A DNA stretch of 64,000 nt from an uncultured Candidatus Berkelbacteria bacterium (GCA_903834195.1 CAILIB010000015.1:53146-117145); one strand, 5' to 3'; shown: positions 1 through 10,262, counted from the first letter of the stretch. Numbers and translations: made by a program. The notes: generated by a model from the letters alone, not told the origin.

Positions 1-2
1 TT

Positions 3-770
3 ACTGTCGCCGACTTTCACAAGTATCGTGAACAGTTCTACAAAGGTGGAAACTGTACAATCGCAATTGCTGGGGCAATTACAGTAAAAGAAGCTCAAGA
101 TTTCGCAGAAAAATACTTCAAGGACCTGCCATCTGGAGATCATGTGAAGGCTGAACCAATGCGGTACCAGGAAGAAAAGCGTGTCCTGCTTGAATCAAAG
201 AAATCCGAGCAGTCTCACTTGATGTTGGCAGTTCGTGCCTACCCTGATTCGCACCCAAAAGAGTATCAGCTCCGTCTCCTCAGTACTATTCTCGGAGGCA
301 ATATGAGTTCGCGCTTGTTCATTTCAGTTCGCGAAAAGCAGGGGCTCTGTTACTACGTTCGTTGTCACCCAGATACCTATAGTGACGTTGGTATGCTTGT
401 TGCGTCTGCAGGTATTGATACGACTCGTGTACATCAGGCGATTACTGCCATCATAAAGGAGTTTACAATTCTTCGTGATGAAACTGTTTCAAATGAAGAG
501 CTTGAGCGCGCTAAACAGTATTTGATTGGTAAAGCACACCTCAATATGGAAGACTCTGAACAGGTTGCAGAATACTACGGAATTCAGCAGTTGCTTGAGA
601 AGAAGCAAGAATCGCTTGAAGAAACAATTAAGAAAATCCGAGCGGTTACACCTGAAGAAGTTCGAGCGGTTGCGCAAGAACTCTTTACCGATAAAGAACT
701 TCGATTAGCTGTTATTGGCCCACACGAAGATCCATCGGAGCTCGATGCATTACTCGTTTTTCCTAACTAA
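3..770 (+). CDS. M16-family (insulinase/PqqL-like) peptidase, C-terminal part; 5' end outside window
   Basis: Frame is open from the window edge to TAA 768-770. Translation (...FYKGGNCTIAIAGAI...LSTILGGNMSSRLFISVREKQGLCYYV...) resembles the C-terminal half of M16 peptidases. The ORF-track start at 144 is an internal GTG. Confidence 0.7.
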   Translation, partial: TVADFHKYREQFYKGGNCTIAIAGAITVKEAQDFAEKYFKDLPSGDHVKAEPMRYQEEKRVLLESKKSEQSHLMLAVRAYPDSHPKEYQLRLLSTILGGNMSSRLFISVREKQGLCYYVRCHPDTYSDVGMLVASAGIDTTRVHQAITAIIKEFTILRDETVSNEELERAKQYLIGKAHLNMEDSEQVAEYYGIQQLLEKKQESLEETIKKIRAVTPEEVRAVAQELFTDKELRLAVIGPHEDPSELDALLVFPN

Positions 771-775
771 CGAAT

Positions 776-1402
776 ATGTCCTCAAAGTACAAAACCCACC
801 ACCTCCCAACCGAGAAAACCTTCATCATGGTCAAGCCAGACGGCGTTATGCGCGGTCTTATTGGTGAGGTAATTAAGCGTCTCGAACAGCGCGGTCTCAA
901 AGTTGTGGCAATGAAGATGATGCATGCCACGCGTGATCATATCGATGGTTTCTACCCTAAAGAACAAGCTTGGATAGATCGGCTTGGACAAAAAGGGCTT
1001 AAGACATTTGCCGAGTATGACATCGACCCAAAGAAGCACATGGGAACAGATAATCAGTCTGAAATTGGTGCAGTGGTTCGTGCTGGTCTTATAGATTTCC
1101 TGAGCATGGCACCTGTTGTACCAATGGTTGTTGAAGGAATTCACGCCATTTCAGTAGTGCGCAAAATTGTTGGATCCACGTTGCCTGTATTTGCAGAGCC
1201 TGGAACAATCCGGGGTGATTACTCAATTGACGCTCCAACTGCAGCTAATCTAGAAGGACGCAGCATCTATAACATCGTCCATGCCTCAGAAACGGCTGAA
1301 GAAGCTGCGCACGAAATAGACTATTGGTTCAAGAAAAATGAACTCTTCGATTATGATCGTGCCGACCACGTTGTAATGTTTGGCGACAAACGAAACCAGT
1401 AG
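776..1402 (+). CDS. ndk: nucleoside diphosphate kinase (long form)
   Basis: TFIMVKPDGV...GTIRGDYS...NIVHASE motifs. 208 aa, with about 35 extra residues inserted relative to the usual 140-150 aa enzyme. Confidence 0.9.
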   Translation: MSSKYKTHHLPTEKTFIMVKPDGVMRGLIGEVIKRLEQRGLKVVAMKMMHATRDHIDGFYPKEQAWIDRLGQKGLKTFAEYDIDPKKHMGTDNQSEIGAVVRAGLIDFLSMAPVVPMVVEGIHAISVVRKIVGSTLPVFAEPGTIRGDYSIDAPTAANLEGRSIYNIVHASETAEEAAHEIDYWFKKNELFDYDRADHVVMFGDKRNQ

Positions 1403-1414
1403 AACAACGTTCCC

Positions 1415-2533
1415 ATGGAGACATACGGGCTGGGATTACTCGATCGATACCCTGATGCCTGGAAGGTGTTCCTTATTTTGTTCCTCTTAACGAACATTTT
1501 TACTGGATTGTTTTATGTTCTTGCCAAGAAAAGGGGGTGGATGCCCGCGATTCGCTCTCGAGATGTGCACACGACACGCAAGCCTCGTGTGGGAGGTCTT
1601 GGTATGTGGGCGGCTGCGTTAATTGGCCTTGTTTCAGTTGCTCTATATCGGAGCGATCTTCTCGATTTCACTGCTGCAGGGGCGGTAAATTCAAGTCACA
1701 TTTTGTTTGGCATTATTGCCGGTATGGCGGTAGTACTCGGTTTTGGCATACTCGATGATCTCGTAGGATTACCGCCGTGGGGGCAACTTGTAGGTCAGTT
1801 TTTAGCTGCAACTGCACTTATCTTGGCAGGTCTTCAGGTATCGTATCTCCGCCTGCCGTTTGATCATGTCATCTGGATGGATCGGCTTATCTGGCACATT
1901 GGGCCGTATAGCATCTTGCCACTTTCTTCGTTATTCATCTATTTCTGGGTGATTACGATGATTAACGTAATGAACTTCTTTGATGGTCTCGATGGTCTGG
2001 CGGGAAGTGTGGCCATGACTGCCTCTGTGGTTATGTTGCTCGTAAGTCTTCGCCTCGGATTCATTGGTGCCGCCACACTCTGTTTGATAATATTTGGCAT
2101 TACAGCAGGCTTTTTACCCTGGAACTGGCACCCGTCGAAGTTGTTTATGGGAACAGTTGGTTCGCAGCTGCTTGGGTTTATGCTTGGTGTGGTAGCGATT
2201 ATCTCTGGGGCTAAAGTTGCTACCGCAGTTCTTGTTTTAGGTATTCCAGTTTTTGATGCAGTCATTGTTATTATTCGCCGCCTCATTGCGCATGAACGTC
2301 CTTGGCAGGCAGACCAGCGCCACCTGCATCACCGCCTCTTAAAAATTGGCCTCTCCACACCTGCAGTGGTTATTATTACGAACGTTGTTGCGGTGGTATT
2401 CGGGATATTAGGCCTCAGTAGTCAGCAGAGTAGTCAGAAGGGATTACTCACCATACTCCTGCTCCTTTGTATGATTGGGTTCATCATTATTACCTATGTG
2501 CTTGAACGGAAGGCTACAGAAGAGGTAGACTGA
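1415..2533 (+). CDS. polyprenyl-phosphate sugar-phosphate transferase, MraY/WecA (GT4) family
   Basis: 372-aa polytopic membrane protein with the NVMNFFDGLDGLAG motif. Confidence 0.8.
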   Translation: METYGLGLLDRYPDAWKVFLILFLLTNIFTGLFYVLAKKRGWMPAIRSRDVHTTRKPRVGGLGMWAAALIGLVSVALYRSDLLDFTAAGAVNSSHILFGIIAGMAVVLGFGILDDLVGLPPWGQLVGQFLAATALILAGLQVSYLRLPFDHVIWMDRLIWHIGPYSILPLSSLFIYFWVITMINVMNFFDGLDGLAGSVAMTASVVMLLVSLRLGFIGAATLCLIIFGITAGFLPWNWHPSKLFMGTVGSQLLGFMLGVVAIISGAKVATAVLVLGIPVFDAVIVIIRRLIAHERPWQADQRHLHHRLLKIGLSTPAVVIITNVVAVVFGILGLSSQQSSQKGLLTILLLLCMIGFIIITYVLERKATEEVD

Positions 2534-2555
2534 AGCTGAACGCATAACATCGACT

Positions 2556-2987
2556 ATGGAACCTCAAACAACATCACAATCTGCACCTAGTACTCCAATC
2601 ACTATTCTTCTGGTTGAGGATGAGCAGACGCTTCAGGAGCTCTATTTTGAACGGTTCACAACTGACGGCATTACAGTACTTCAGGCATTTGATGGTATGC
2701 AGGCACTTGAAATGGTTGAAGGTCACCCAGAAATTCAACTAGTCCTTCTCGATTTGATGTTACCAAAGCTTTCGGGGTACGACGTCCTGAATCACATTAA
2801 ACACAATCCAGTTTCTTCCCATATTCCGGTAATTATTGTCTCTGCTCTGGCAGATATTGATGATCAGGCACGTGGTCTTCAAATGGGCGCAACAGATTAT
2901 ATTACCAAAGGGGATATGCTCCCATCAGCGGTTATTGAAAAGATAAAATCCTATGTCGTATCAGTTCCACGGCCAGCGGCCGCATGA
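2556..2987 (+). CDS. stand-alone response regulator receiver protein (CheY-like)
   Basis: ILLVEDE...LDLMLPKLSGYDVL receiver motifs. 143 aa, no output domain. Confidence 0.8.
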   Translation: MEPQTTSQSAPSTPITILLVEDEQTLQELYFERFTTDGITVLQAFDGMQALEMVEGHPEIQLVLLDLMLPKLSGYDVLNHIKHNPVSSHIPVIIVSALADIDDQARGLQMGATDYITKGDMLPSAVIEKIKSYVVSVPRPAAA

Positions 2988-3444
2988 GGAAGTCCTGCTG
3001 ATCGTTCGTAGGCACCCTTTCGTTCTCCTTAAACCTTTTATTATTTCAGCACTTTTCGTGCTGTTACCTTTTGCGATTCTTATCTTTTTCCCGGTAGGAT
3101 ACGTCCTTAGTATTTCGGTCATTATGTGTCTCATCCTTGCTATCGTAGTGAGTTTCACTGCCTGGCATCAGTGGAGAAGTACCTTATTACTGCTCACAAA
3201 CGAACGGGTGGTGTTTTTGGAACAAAAAAGTATCCTTAAGCGGGAATTTGTTGAGTGTGGCCTAGGGACGATTCAGCAGGTGTCTCATACGGTGCAGGGA
3301 TTACTCGGGACAACAATGGGCTATGGCACAATTACAATTGCTACTGGGGGAATCTCCGGCATCATCAAAATTCCCGATATCCCAGATCCGTACGAGATTC
3401 AGCAAGAAATACAGCGGGCTGCTTCGGGAGATACTGAAAGCTAG
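2953..3444 (+). CDS. membrane protein with bacterial PH (YdbT/bPH_2-like) domain
   Basis: Two TM helices followed by a YdbT-like C-terminal domain. Overlaps the upstream gene by 35 nt. Confidence 0.55.
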   Translation: MSYQFHGQRPHEEVLLIVRRHPFVLLKPFIISALFVLLPFAILIFFPVGYVLSISVIMCLILAIVVSFTAWHQWRSTLLLLTNERVVFLEQKSILKREFVECGLGTIQQVSHTVQGLLGTTMGYGTITIATGGISGIIKIPDIPDPYEIQQEIQRAASGDTES

Positions 3445-3446
3445 AT

Positions 3447-6400
3447 CTATTTAAAGGTGATGCGCTCAGGTCCGATGAGGGTCGCCAGTTTGCTATACAG
3501 CGAATCAGACGCTTCGACGCGTTGGGTGATTTTCATTTCTTGAGCGCCTTCAAGAGCTGGTAACAGGAGAGTTACTGGAATAGTGCCCTTGTGTTTCTCA
3601 AGTGCCTGTTTGATATTCTGTAACAAATTTCGATCACCATCTTCAGGGATTTTCAACCAAAGTGAGGTGGCTTTGCGTTCGTTTTCAGGAAGTTTGGCAT
3701 CACTGATTACGGTGCAATTATCAGCAAGTACTTTGGTCTCGAGGGTTTCACCGTCCATGCGACTTTCTTTGCGACTTAATTTACCTTCAATACAGATGGC
3801 GCGTCCTTCCAAGCACACATCTTCCTTCGTGGCCCAGGTTTTTGGGAAGAAAATGGCTTCACCAACGCCGGTTTCATCTTCAATCTGAACGAACGCCATA
3901 CTCTTAGCGTCTTTTTTGGTAAGGATTTTGCGAACTGAAAGAATAATACCGCAGACTTTGACTGTTTCGCCGTCTTCAACTGTGCTAAGCTCACCGATGC
4001 GATTGCGGTTATCTGGGAGATTGTGAAGGTATGGTGAAATCGGGTGAGCGCTAACGTAAATGCCGAGCAATTCACGTTCCCAGGTAAGACGTTGTTTCTC
4101 ACTTGCAGGTTCAGCAGGGGTAAGGTGAAGCGAAAAGCTCACACTTTCAGCGGCGTCACCAAACAAATCAATCTGAGTAGAATTACGACGCTTATTGATT
4201 TGAGATGAGAACGAAAGCATGGCATCTAAGTTTTGAATCAGCTCATTTCGCTCACCAAAACGATCGAGTGCACCGGCCATGGCTAAGTTCTCCAACACTT
4301 TTTTGTTCACAATGTGAGCGCAACGACGGAGGAAATCAGCTAAATCTAGGTATGGGCCGTTCTTGCGTTCTTCAACAATTGCACTGGTCGAGTGCACTCC
4401 AACGTTTTTAATAGCACCCATGCCAAAACGAACGTAGGCGTCGAAGGCTTTATCGGCAGGTTTTTCCTTAGTTTCTGGGTTGTAGAAAATGGTACCAAAC
4501 TCAACAAACGATTCATTTATATCTGGAGGCAATACCTCGATCCCCATTTCTTTGCACTCAGCAATTTCAATACCAACGCGGTCAAGGTTTTGAATATCTG
4601 AGGTAAGCAAAGATGACATGAACTCAACTGGATAGTTGGCTTTCAGGTAGGCAGTTTGATAGGCGATCATTGCGTAGGAAACAGCGTGGGCGCGGTTGAA
4701 TCCGTACCGAGCAAATGGTTCAACGAAGTCCCAAACCTGTTCTGCAGTCTTTTGATCAATTTTATTAACTGTAACTGCACCGCTAATAAATTTATCCCGC
4801 TGTTCATCAAGCAAAGATTTAATCTTCTTACCCACTGCCTTACGTAGAACATCGGCCTGTCCGTAGGTGAATCCGGCAAACTTGCGTGCCGTTTCAAGTA
4901 CCTGGTCTTGCGTAACGATAACACCGTACGACATGTTCAAAATTGGTTCTAGAATCGGGTGGAGGTAGGTAACCTTTTTGCGACCATGTTTGGCGTCGAT
5001 GAAATCTGGGATGGCGTCCATTGGTCCTGGTCGATACAAAGCCACCATGGCAACAATGTCTTCAAACTGAGATGGTTTGAGTTCTTTTAAGTAGCGCTTC
5101 ATACCTGATGATTCAAGCTGGAATACGCCAGTGGTTTCGGCGCGGGAAAGGAGGGCAAAGGCTGGCTGGTCATCTACCGGAATTTTGGTCAGATTAATAC
5201 TGACTCCGCGCGTCTTGCGGATTACCCGCAGTGCCTGCTGAAGGATGTTCAGGTTGGCCAGTCCTAAGAAGTCCATTTTCAAGAGGCCGATGTGCTCAAC
5301 GTCATTCATCGCATACTGGGTCACGATAATGCGATCGTCCTTGGCAGCACGCTGAATCGGCAGATACTTGGTCAGAACTTCTTTGGAAATTACTACGCCA
5401 GCAGCGTGGATTGAGGTGTGCCGTGCGCACCCTTCTAATCTGGCAGCGATATCAATCAGTTTGTGGATTTGCTCGTTATTTTGGTAGAGTTCCTGAATCT
5501 CAGGGATCTTTTCGAGTGCTTCATTGAGCGACATGCCTTGTGGTCCAGAAGGGATGAGTTTGGCGATCTGGTCACACTCGGTATATGAAACACCAAGGGC
5601 ACGGCCAACGTCGCGAATTGCAGCCCGAGACGCCATGGTTCCAAAGGTAACAATCTGAGCCACGTGGTCCCAACCATAACGCTGGCGGGTGTATTCAATA
5701 ACATCGTCGCGCCGGGCATCCTCAATGTCAGTATCAATATCTGGCATATTGATACGTTCTGGGTTGAGGAAACGCTCAAAGATGAGGTTGTGGACTAGCG
5801 GGTCAATGCTTGAAATACCAATTAGGTAACTGACCAGACATCCTCCGGCTGAACCACGTAAGCCAACCATGATGTTGTTTTCGGTGGCCCAGTTCATGAA
5901 ATCTTGTACGATCAAGAAATATGACTCAAAGCCCATTTTCTCGATAACCGAAAGCTCATACTCAAAACGGGCGATAACCCGTTCGTTGAGGGGAATTTTA
6001 GGGTCGTTCAGTGGAGATTCAAGCATCTCGCCTTCAACACGGTCAGTACGAGGTGTGTAATCGAATCCGTACCTACTTTTAATACCTTTGGAGCTAAGGT
6101 CTCGCAGATAAGTACGGTCGGTCATGCCTTTGGCAATTGCCTCTTCTGGCAAAGGGAATACCGGCAAAATATTCACACCCATCGGAATAGTCACATTGCA
6201 GCGTTCGGCAATTTTGACAGTGTTCTCGTAGGCTTCCGGAACTTCTTTGAACCACTCGATCATATCCTCGCACGAGGTGAGCGACAGGTTGTAGTCCAGC
6301 ATGTTCAACCGGTTTGGATCGTTGACGGTTTTGCCAGATGAAACGCAAACCATTACATCTTGAGCCTCAGCATCATCTGGTTCGATGTAGTGTACGTCAT

Positions 6401-7043
6401 TGGTACAAATCATCGGCACGTTAAATTCGCGCGCCAATTTAATCAGTTGCTGGTTTAATTCGACGAGTTCCTCCGAGTTCGGGTGATTTTGCAGCTCAAT
6501 ATAAAAGTGATCACGGTCAAAGATTTCCAAAAATTGGTGTAGCACTTTCACACCTTCTTCATAGGAAGTCTGCAGTGCGCGCGGAATCATTCCATTGGCA
6601 CAACTTGAGGTAGCAATCAGACCCTTGGAGTGCTTTTTGAGCAAATCCATGTCGATACGAGGTTTGTAATAGAAGCCATTCAAGTGGGCTTCTGAAACTA
6701 ATTCCAACAGGTTTTGATACCCTTCAAATGTTTCGGCTAGGAGAAGTTGGTGAAATGATTTCTGATCGGTTTTGCCATCACGATCAAAGCGGGTCCGAGC
6801 TGCCATGTAGGCCTCAACTCCGATAATCGGCTTAATGCCTTCTTTGTGACAGGCTTCGTAAAACGGAATAACCCCATACATTGCACCGTGGTCGGTAATT
6901 GCCAGGGCGTGCATGCCGAATTCTTTGGCACGTTTAATGAGCGGCTTAATCTGAGCCGCTCCGTCCAAGAGGGAATAGTGGGTGTGGACGTGAAGGTGAA
7001 CGAATTTTGCCGGATCAGCGGCGACGTGTTCAGTTGCTTCCAT
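3447..7043 (-). CDS. dnaE: DNA polymerase III alpha subunit
   Basis: 1198 aa with N-terminal PHP motif HVHTHYSLLDGA, polymerase core and OB-fold C-terminus. Confidence 0.95.
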   Translation of the reverse strand: MEATEHVAADPAKFVHLHVHTHYSLLDGAAQIKPLIKRAKEFGMHALAITDHGAMYGVIPFYEACHKEGIKPIIGVEAYMAARTRFDRDGKTDQKSFHQLLLAETFEGYQNLLELVSEAHLNGFYYKPRIDMDLLKKHSKGLIATSSCANGMIPRALQTSYEEGVKVLHQFLEIFDRDHFYIELQNHPNSEELVELNQQLIKLAREFNVPMICTNDVHYIEPDDAEAQDVMVCVSSGKTVNDPNRLNMLDYNLSLTSCEDMIEWFKEVPEAYENTVKIAERCNVTIPMGVNILPVFPLPEEAIAKGMTDRTYLRDLSSKGIKSRYGFDYTPRTDRVEGEMLESPLNDPKIPLNERVIARFEYELSVIEKMGFESYFLIVQDFMNWATENNIMVGLRGSAGGCLVSYLIGISSIDPLVHNLIFERFLNPERINMPDIDTDIEDARRDDVIEYTRQRYGWDHVAQIVTFGTMASRAAIRDVGRALGVSYTECDQIAKLIPSGPQGMSLNEALEKIPEIQELYQNNEQIHKLIDIAARLEGCARHTSIHAAGVVISKEVLTKYLPIQRAAKDDRIIVTQYAMNDVEHIGLLKMDFLGLANLNILQQALRVIRKTRGVSINLTKIPVDDQPAFALLSRAETTGVFQLESSGMKRYLKELKPSQFEDIVAMVALYRPGPMDAIPDFIDAKHGRKKVTYLHPILEPILNMSYGVIVTQDQVLETARKFAGFTYGQADVLRKAVGKKIKSLLDEQRDKFISGAVTVNKIDQKTAEQVWDFVEPFARYGFNRAHAVSYAMIAYQTAYLKANYPVEFMSSLLTSDIQNLDRVGIEIAECKEMGIEVLPPDINESFVEFGTIFYNPETKEKPADKAFDAYVRFGMGAIKNVGVHSTSAIVEERKNGPYLDLADFLRRCAHIVNKKVLENLAMAGALDRFGERNELIQNLDAMLSFSSQINKRRNSTQIDLFGDAAESVSFSLHLTPAEPASEKQRLTWERELLGIYVSAHPISPYLHNLPDNRNRIGELSTVEDGETVKVCGIILSVRKILTKKDAKSMAFVQIEDETGVGEAIFFPKTWATKEDVCLEGRAICIEGKLSRKESRMDGETLETKVLADNCTVISDAKLPENERKATSLWLKIPEDGDRNLLQNIKQALEKHKGTIPVTLLLPALEGAQEMKITQRVEASDSLYSKLATLIGPERITFK

Positions 7044-7084
7044 TGCTCAATCAGTTTAGCAGAAAGGAAGCGAGGCTCAATTTG

Positions 7085-7510
7085 TTATTTGGTCACAAGC
7101 TGAAAACCATTTGCCTGGTAGGCTGTATCGAAACTAAATACACTTCGGATATTTTGCGATTCGCAGAATGCCATGTGAAAACAGTCAAAGAGGCTGACAT
7201 TTTTTGAGGTCTGTTTTTCAAAAAGTGTACGTGCTACATCAAAAGTATTTTTTGAATACTCGATAACTTTAAAAATTTCTCTTTCTTTTACATCCATTAA
7301 CAATCGTAAAGCTGCTTTGTGGCCAACTCTCTGACTAATTACGGTTCCAGCTTCGAATAAGGCAATTTGATTTGTTTTGAATCGCACTCTCTCTTTACGC
7401 AGCTCACCATATATTTCCCATGCATGGGCATGATGAACATCATCGCGCCTTAAAAGGGCAATAATTGCATCGGCATCAACAAAAATATGTTCAGCTGGAA
7501 GGAGTTTCAA
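7085..7510 (-). CDS. vapC: PIN-domain toxin (VapC-like)
   Basis: 141 aa with an N-terminal FVDADAIIALL PIN signature. Overlaps the upstream RHH gene by 20 nt. Confidence 0.75.
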   Translation of the reverse strand: MKLLPAEHIFVDADAIIALLRRDDVHHAHAWEIYGELRKERVRFKTNQIALFEAGTVISQRVGHKAALRLLMDVKEREIFKVIEYSKNTFDVARTLFEKQTSKNVSLFDCFHMAFCESQNIRSVFSFDTAYQANGFQLVTK

Positions 7511-7772
7511 GTGCTTGAACTAAATATTCATTAAAGTTTGATACCAGATCGTCAGGTCCACCGGTAAATTGAAGTGATTTTAGTACATCTTCAAATTCTT
7601 GGTATTGCTTGTCTAGTTCTCTATCACTAATTTCCTGTGCGGAGGTTGCATCTAGTTGCTGGCGGATATACTCGGCCATAGAAACAGAAGCCGCACGAGC
7701 TTCTTTCTTCATGCGATTATGCAGTGCGGGGTCCAAATAGATTTGTGTACGGATCATGTTTTCCATATACAT
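7491..7772 (-). CDS. ribbon-helix-helix antitoxin (VapB/CopG-like)
   Basis: RTQIYLDPALHNRMKKEARAASVSMAEYIRQQL RHH pattern, located directly upstream of the PIN gene. Confidence 0.6.
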   Translation of the reverse strand: MYMENMIRTQIYLDPALHNRMKKEARAASVSMAEYIRQQLDATSAQEISDRELDKQYQEFEDVLKSLQFTGGPDDLVSNFNEYLVQALETPSS

Positions 7773-7843
7773 TATCTATATACATTACATAAAATTTTGT
7801 CAATTCAAATAGAGCTACTGGCTAAAAATACAAAAACACGCTA

Positions 7844-9142
7844 TTGTGGAAGGCGATATTTCAAATCCCTCCCATGCAATTAGCGTTTGTCTTCGGTCGC
7901 CTACCAGCGTTGTCCCGACTCGAGATTGAGTCCGTCGCCACGACTTTGCCCTTCCAATGGTCACTTACTAGTGTACAGCCGAATATTTTGCGGCTCAAGC
8001 CAGAGGGCGACTGGTCAACCTGGTCATTACTAAATGCTGGCTTTCAGAGCAAAGAAAGCCAATTTCTTGTTGAAGCTATTGATCAAATGCAGCGTGTTCT
8101 CGGTGGAACCGTCAAAATTGTTTATCTCGATAAACAGCATGATCAGCAGAATGTTCTTCCTGAAGCGCAAAAATTAGTAAAAGGCTTACAAGAAGGAGTT
8201 ACTGGAAAACGCACAATTGGCCTCAGTGTGTACTCGAAGAAAGTGAATCCGCTACGCTTAGGGATGTCGCTTAAAAAGAATCTTCGAAGTGAAGGGAGTG
8301 TACGTGTGGTGATCCCTGGTGAAACTGGGGAGTTGTCCTCGGCGCAAATTTTGCACAATAACCTTCCACTAACCGAAGGACTTGCCGGACTTGAAGTGAA
8401 TGTTCTCGAGGAGGGGAATAAGTTCTGGGTTGGCGTAACGCTTTCATCTCAAGACATTGAATCGTATTCAAAGCGTGATTTTCAGATTCCAAAACCAGAT
8501 CCGATTTCAGGAATGTTGCCACCAAAATTGGCGCAAACCATGATTAACCTGGCTGAAAAAGGGAAGCGTCTGGCGGTGTACGATCCCTTCTGTGGTAATG
8601 GTCGCATTGTGATGGAAGCAGCTTTGATGAACCTGACTTCCTATGGTTCAGACATTGTTCCGAAAAAGGTTGAATCTGCAACTGAAAATATGGCCTGGCT
8701 TGGCCAGGAGTTTGGCGCCAAGGTTCTCCCTGAACACCAATTCTGGGTTGCCGATGCTACAAAACCAGAAGTATTTTCACTTTTGCACGCTAATGCACTT
8801 TCAGCGCAGTATGTGTTAGTGGGTGAGCCGTTCCTTGGGAAGCCACTACGTGCCCAGCTCACTCCAAGTGAAGTAGATGCCTGGCTTGCTGATCTCCTCC
8901 CGTTGTATGAAGGGTTTCTCAACAATTGGGCACCGGCTACAGTAGCTAAAAATGTTCGTCCGACCCGAATGCTGCTCGTATTTCCACGGGCAAAAGTAGT
9001 TGACGGAACCGAAGCTGCGGTGTATGAAAAACTCGTTGACACTATCGACAGATTAGGATATGATTCAAAGGTACATTTTACGTACGATCGACCGGACAGT
9101 TATGTTCGGCGTGATCTCGTATCCATAGAATACCGACAGTAG
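7844..9142 (+). CDS. putative RNA methyltransferase (UPF0020/Trm11/RlmL-like class I MTase)
   Basis: DPFCGNGRIVMEAA SAM-binding motif in the C-terminal half. The likely true start is ATG 7874 (MQLAFVFGRLPALS). Confidence 0.6.
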   Translation: MWKAIFQIPPMQLAFVFGRLPALSRLEIESVATTLPFQWSLTSVQPNILRLKPEGDWSTWSLLNAGFQSKESQFLVEAIDQMQRVLGGTVKIVYLDKQHDQQNVLPEAQKLVKGLQEGVTGKRTIGLSVYSKKVNPLRLGMSLKKNLRSEGSVRVVIPGETGELSSAQILHNNLPLTEGLAGLEVNVLEEGNKFWVGVTLSSQDIESYSKRDFQIPKPDPISGMLPPKLAQTMINLAEKGKRLAVYDPFCGNGRIVMEAALMNLTSYGSDIVPKKVESATENMAWLGQEFGAKVLPEHQFWVADATKPEVFSLLHANALSAQYVLVGEPFLGKPLRAQLTPSEVDAWLADLLPLYEGFLNNWAPATVAKNVRPTRMLLVFPRAKVVDGTEAAVYEKLVDTIDRLGYDSKVHFTYDRPDSYVRRDLVSIEYRQ

Positions 9143-9163
9143 TCGGATAAATAATAAGTAGTC

Positions 9164-9538
9164 ATGGCACATAAAAAAGCCGCCGGTAGTACGCGTTTAG
9201 GACGCGATTCCCGCGCGCAACGCCTCGGCGTTAAAATTTTTGGAGACCAGTGGGCTCTTGCCGGTAATATCATTATTCGCCAGCGCGGTAGCAAGTTTAC
9301 TGCAGGTGAAGGTGTAGGTATTGGTAAGGATGACACGCTCTTCGCGCTTTACGACGGTATCGTAAAGTTTAAGCGTATTATGCGCCGCAAGTTTACTGGC
9401 ACACTACGTCCAACGCGCGTAGTAAGTATCGAACCTCGTACATATGTGTACGCCGATGCACCAGTAGCTCCAGCTCCAGTTGTTGATGCACCTGTTGCAA
9501 AGCCTAAGAAGGCTGCAACAAAGAAAGTTGCTCAGTAG
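9164..9538 (+). CDS. rpmA: 50S ribosomal protein L27 with C-terminal extension
   Basis: [25 protein letters not shown]-terminus, plus an Ala/Pro/Lys-rich tail of about 35 aa. Confidence 0.92.
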   Translation: MAHKKAAGSTRLGRDSRAQRLGVKIFGDQWALAGNIIIRQRGSKFTAGEGVGIGKDDTLFALYDGIVKFKRIMRRKFTGTLRPTRVVSIEPRTYVYADAPVAPAPVVDAPVAKPKKAATKKVAQ

Positions 9539-9550
9539 GAGTTAGACATT

Positions 9551-9580
9551 GCACAGCTGATTTCTCAGCTGTGCTTGTCT
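9551..9580 (+). terminator. hairpin after rpmA
   Basis: GCACAGCTGA-TTTC-TCAGCTGTGC, a 10-bp perfect stem. The T tract is weak (TTGTCTG). Confidence 0.55.
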
Positions 9581-9678
9581 GATTCCAGGTCTGGACAGAA
9601 CTGGAGACCATCCAATTCTTATCCTTGAAAAACCCCTTTCAACCTGATACTATTACTCGTACAAAATAGATCTCAATC

Positions 9679-10257
9679 ATGCTTAAAACAGATGTAGCCA
9701 ACCTGCTGCTTGCCAAGTACGGCAAGAAGAATGCTCCCGCCGTTAAACCTGGCGATACTGTTCGTGTTCACCAGAAAATTCGTGAAGGTGAAAAAGAACG
9801 TGTTCAGATTTTTGAAGGCCTCGTAATTGCTGTAAAGCACGGCGTTGGTCTTGATGGTACTTTCACTGTACGCAAAATCGCTGTTGGCGGTATTGGTGTA
9901 GAGCGTACCTACCCACTTCACTCACCAAACATTGTTAAGGTTGAGCGTGTTAAAACTGCTGAAGTTTCTCGCGCCAAGCTTTACTACATGCGTGATCGTA
10001 AGGGAAAGACTGCTCGCTTTAAGCAAGAAGTTCAAAACCCAATGACCTGGGATGAATCAGCTGTTGTAGCTGAAGCTGCTGATATGCCAGTTGCTGAGCC
10101 TGATACTATGCAAGATATCCTTGAAGAAGTTGTAGAAGTTACAACTGTTCAAGAAGAAGTGCTTGCAGATGTTGCTGAAGGCGAAACAATGCCTGAAGCT
10201 GCTGTAAACCCTGAGCAAGTAGTTGCTGAGGAAAAGTCAGAAGAAGCCACCGAATAA
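9679..10257 (+). CDS. rplS: 50S ribosomal protein L19 with long acidic C-terminal extension
   Basis: KPGDTVRVHQKIREGEKERVQIFEGLVIA L19 core (about 115 aa), followed by about 75 aa rich in Glu/Val/Ala. Confidence 0.9.
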   Translation: MLKTDVANLLLAKYGKKNAPAVKPGDTVRVHQKIREGEKERVQIFEGLVIAVKHGVGLDGTFTVRKIAVGGIGVERTYPLHSPNIVKVERVKTAEVSRAKLYYMRDRKGKTARFKQEVQNPMTWDESAVVAEAADMPVAEPDTMQDILEEVVEVTTVQEEVLADVAEGETMPEAAVNPEQVVAEEKSEEATE

Positions 10258-10262
10258 TCCGG

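Noticed and set aside
3583-6931. Multiple 60-110-aa ORFs on both strands within dnaE
   Set aside because: They are fully contained in the 1198-aa dnaE reading frame, which is unambiguous. They are shadow ORFs.
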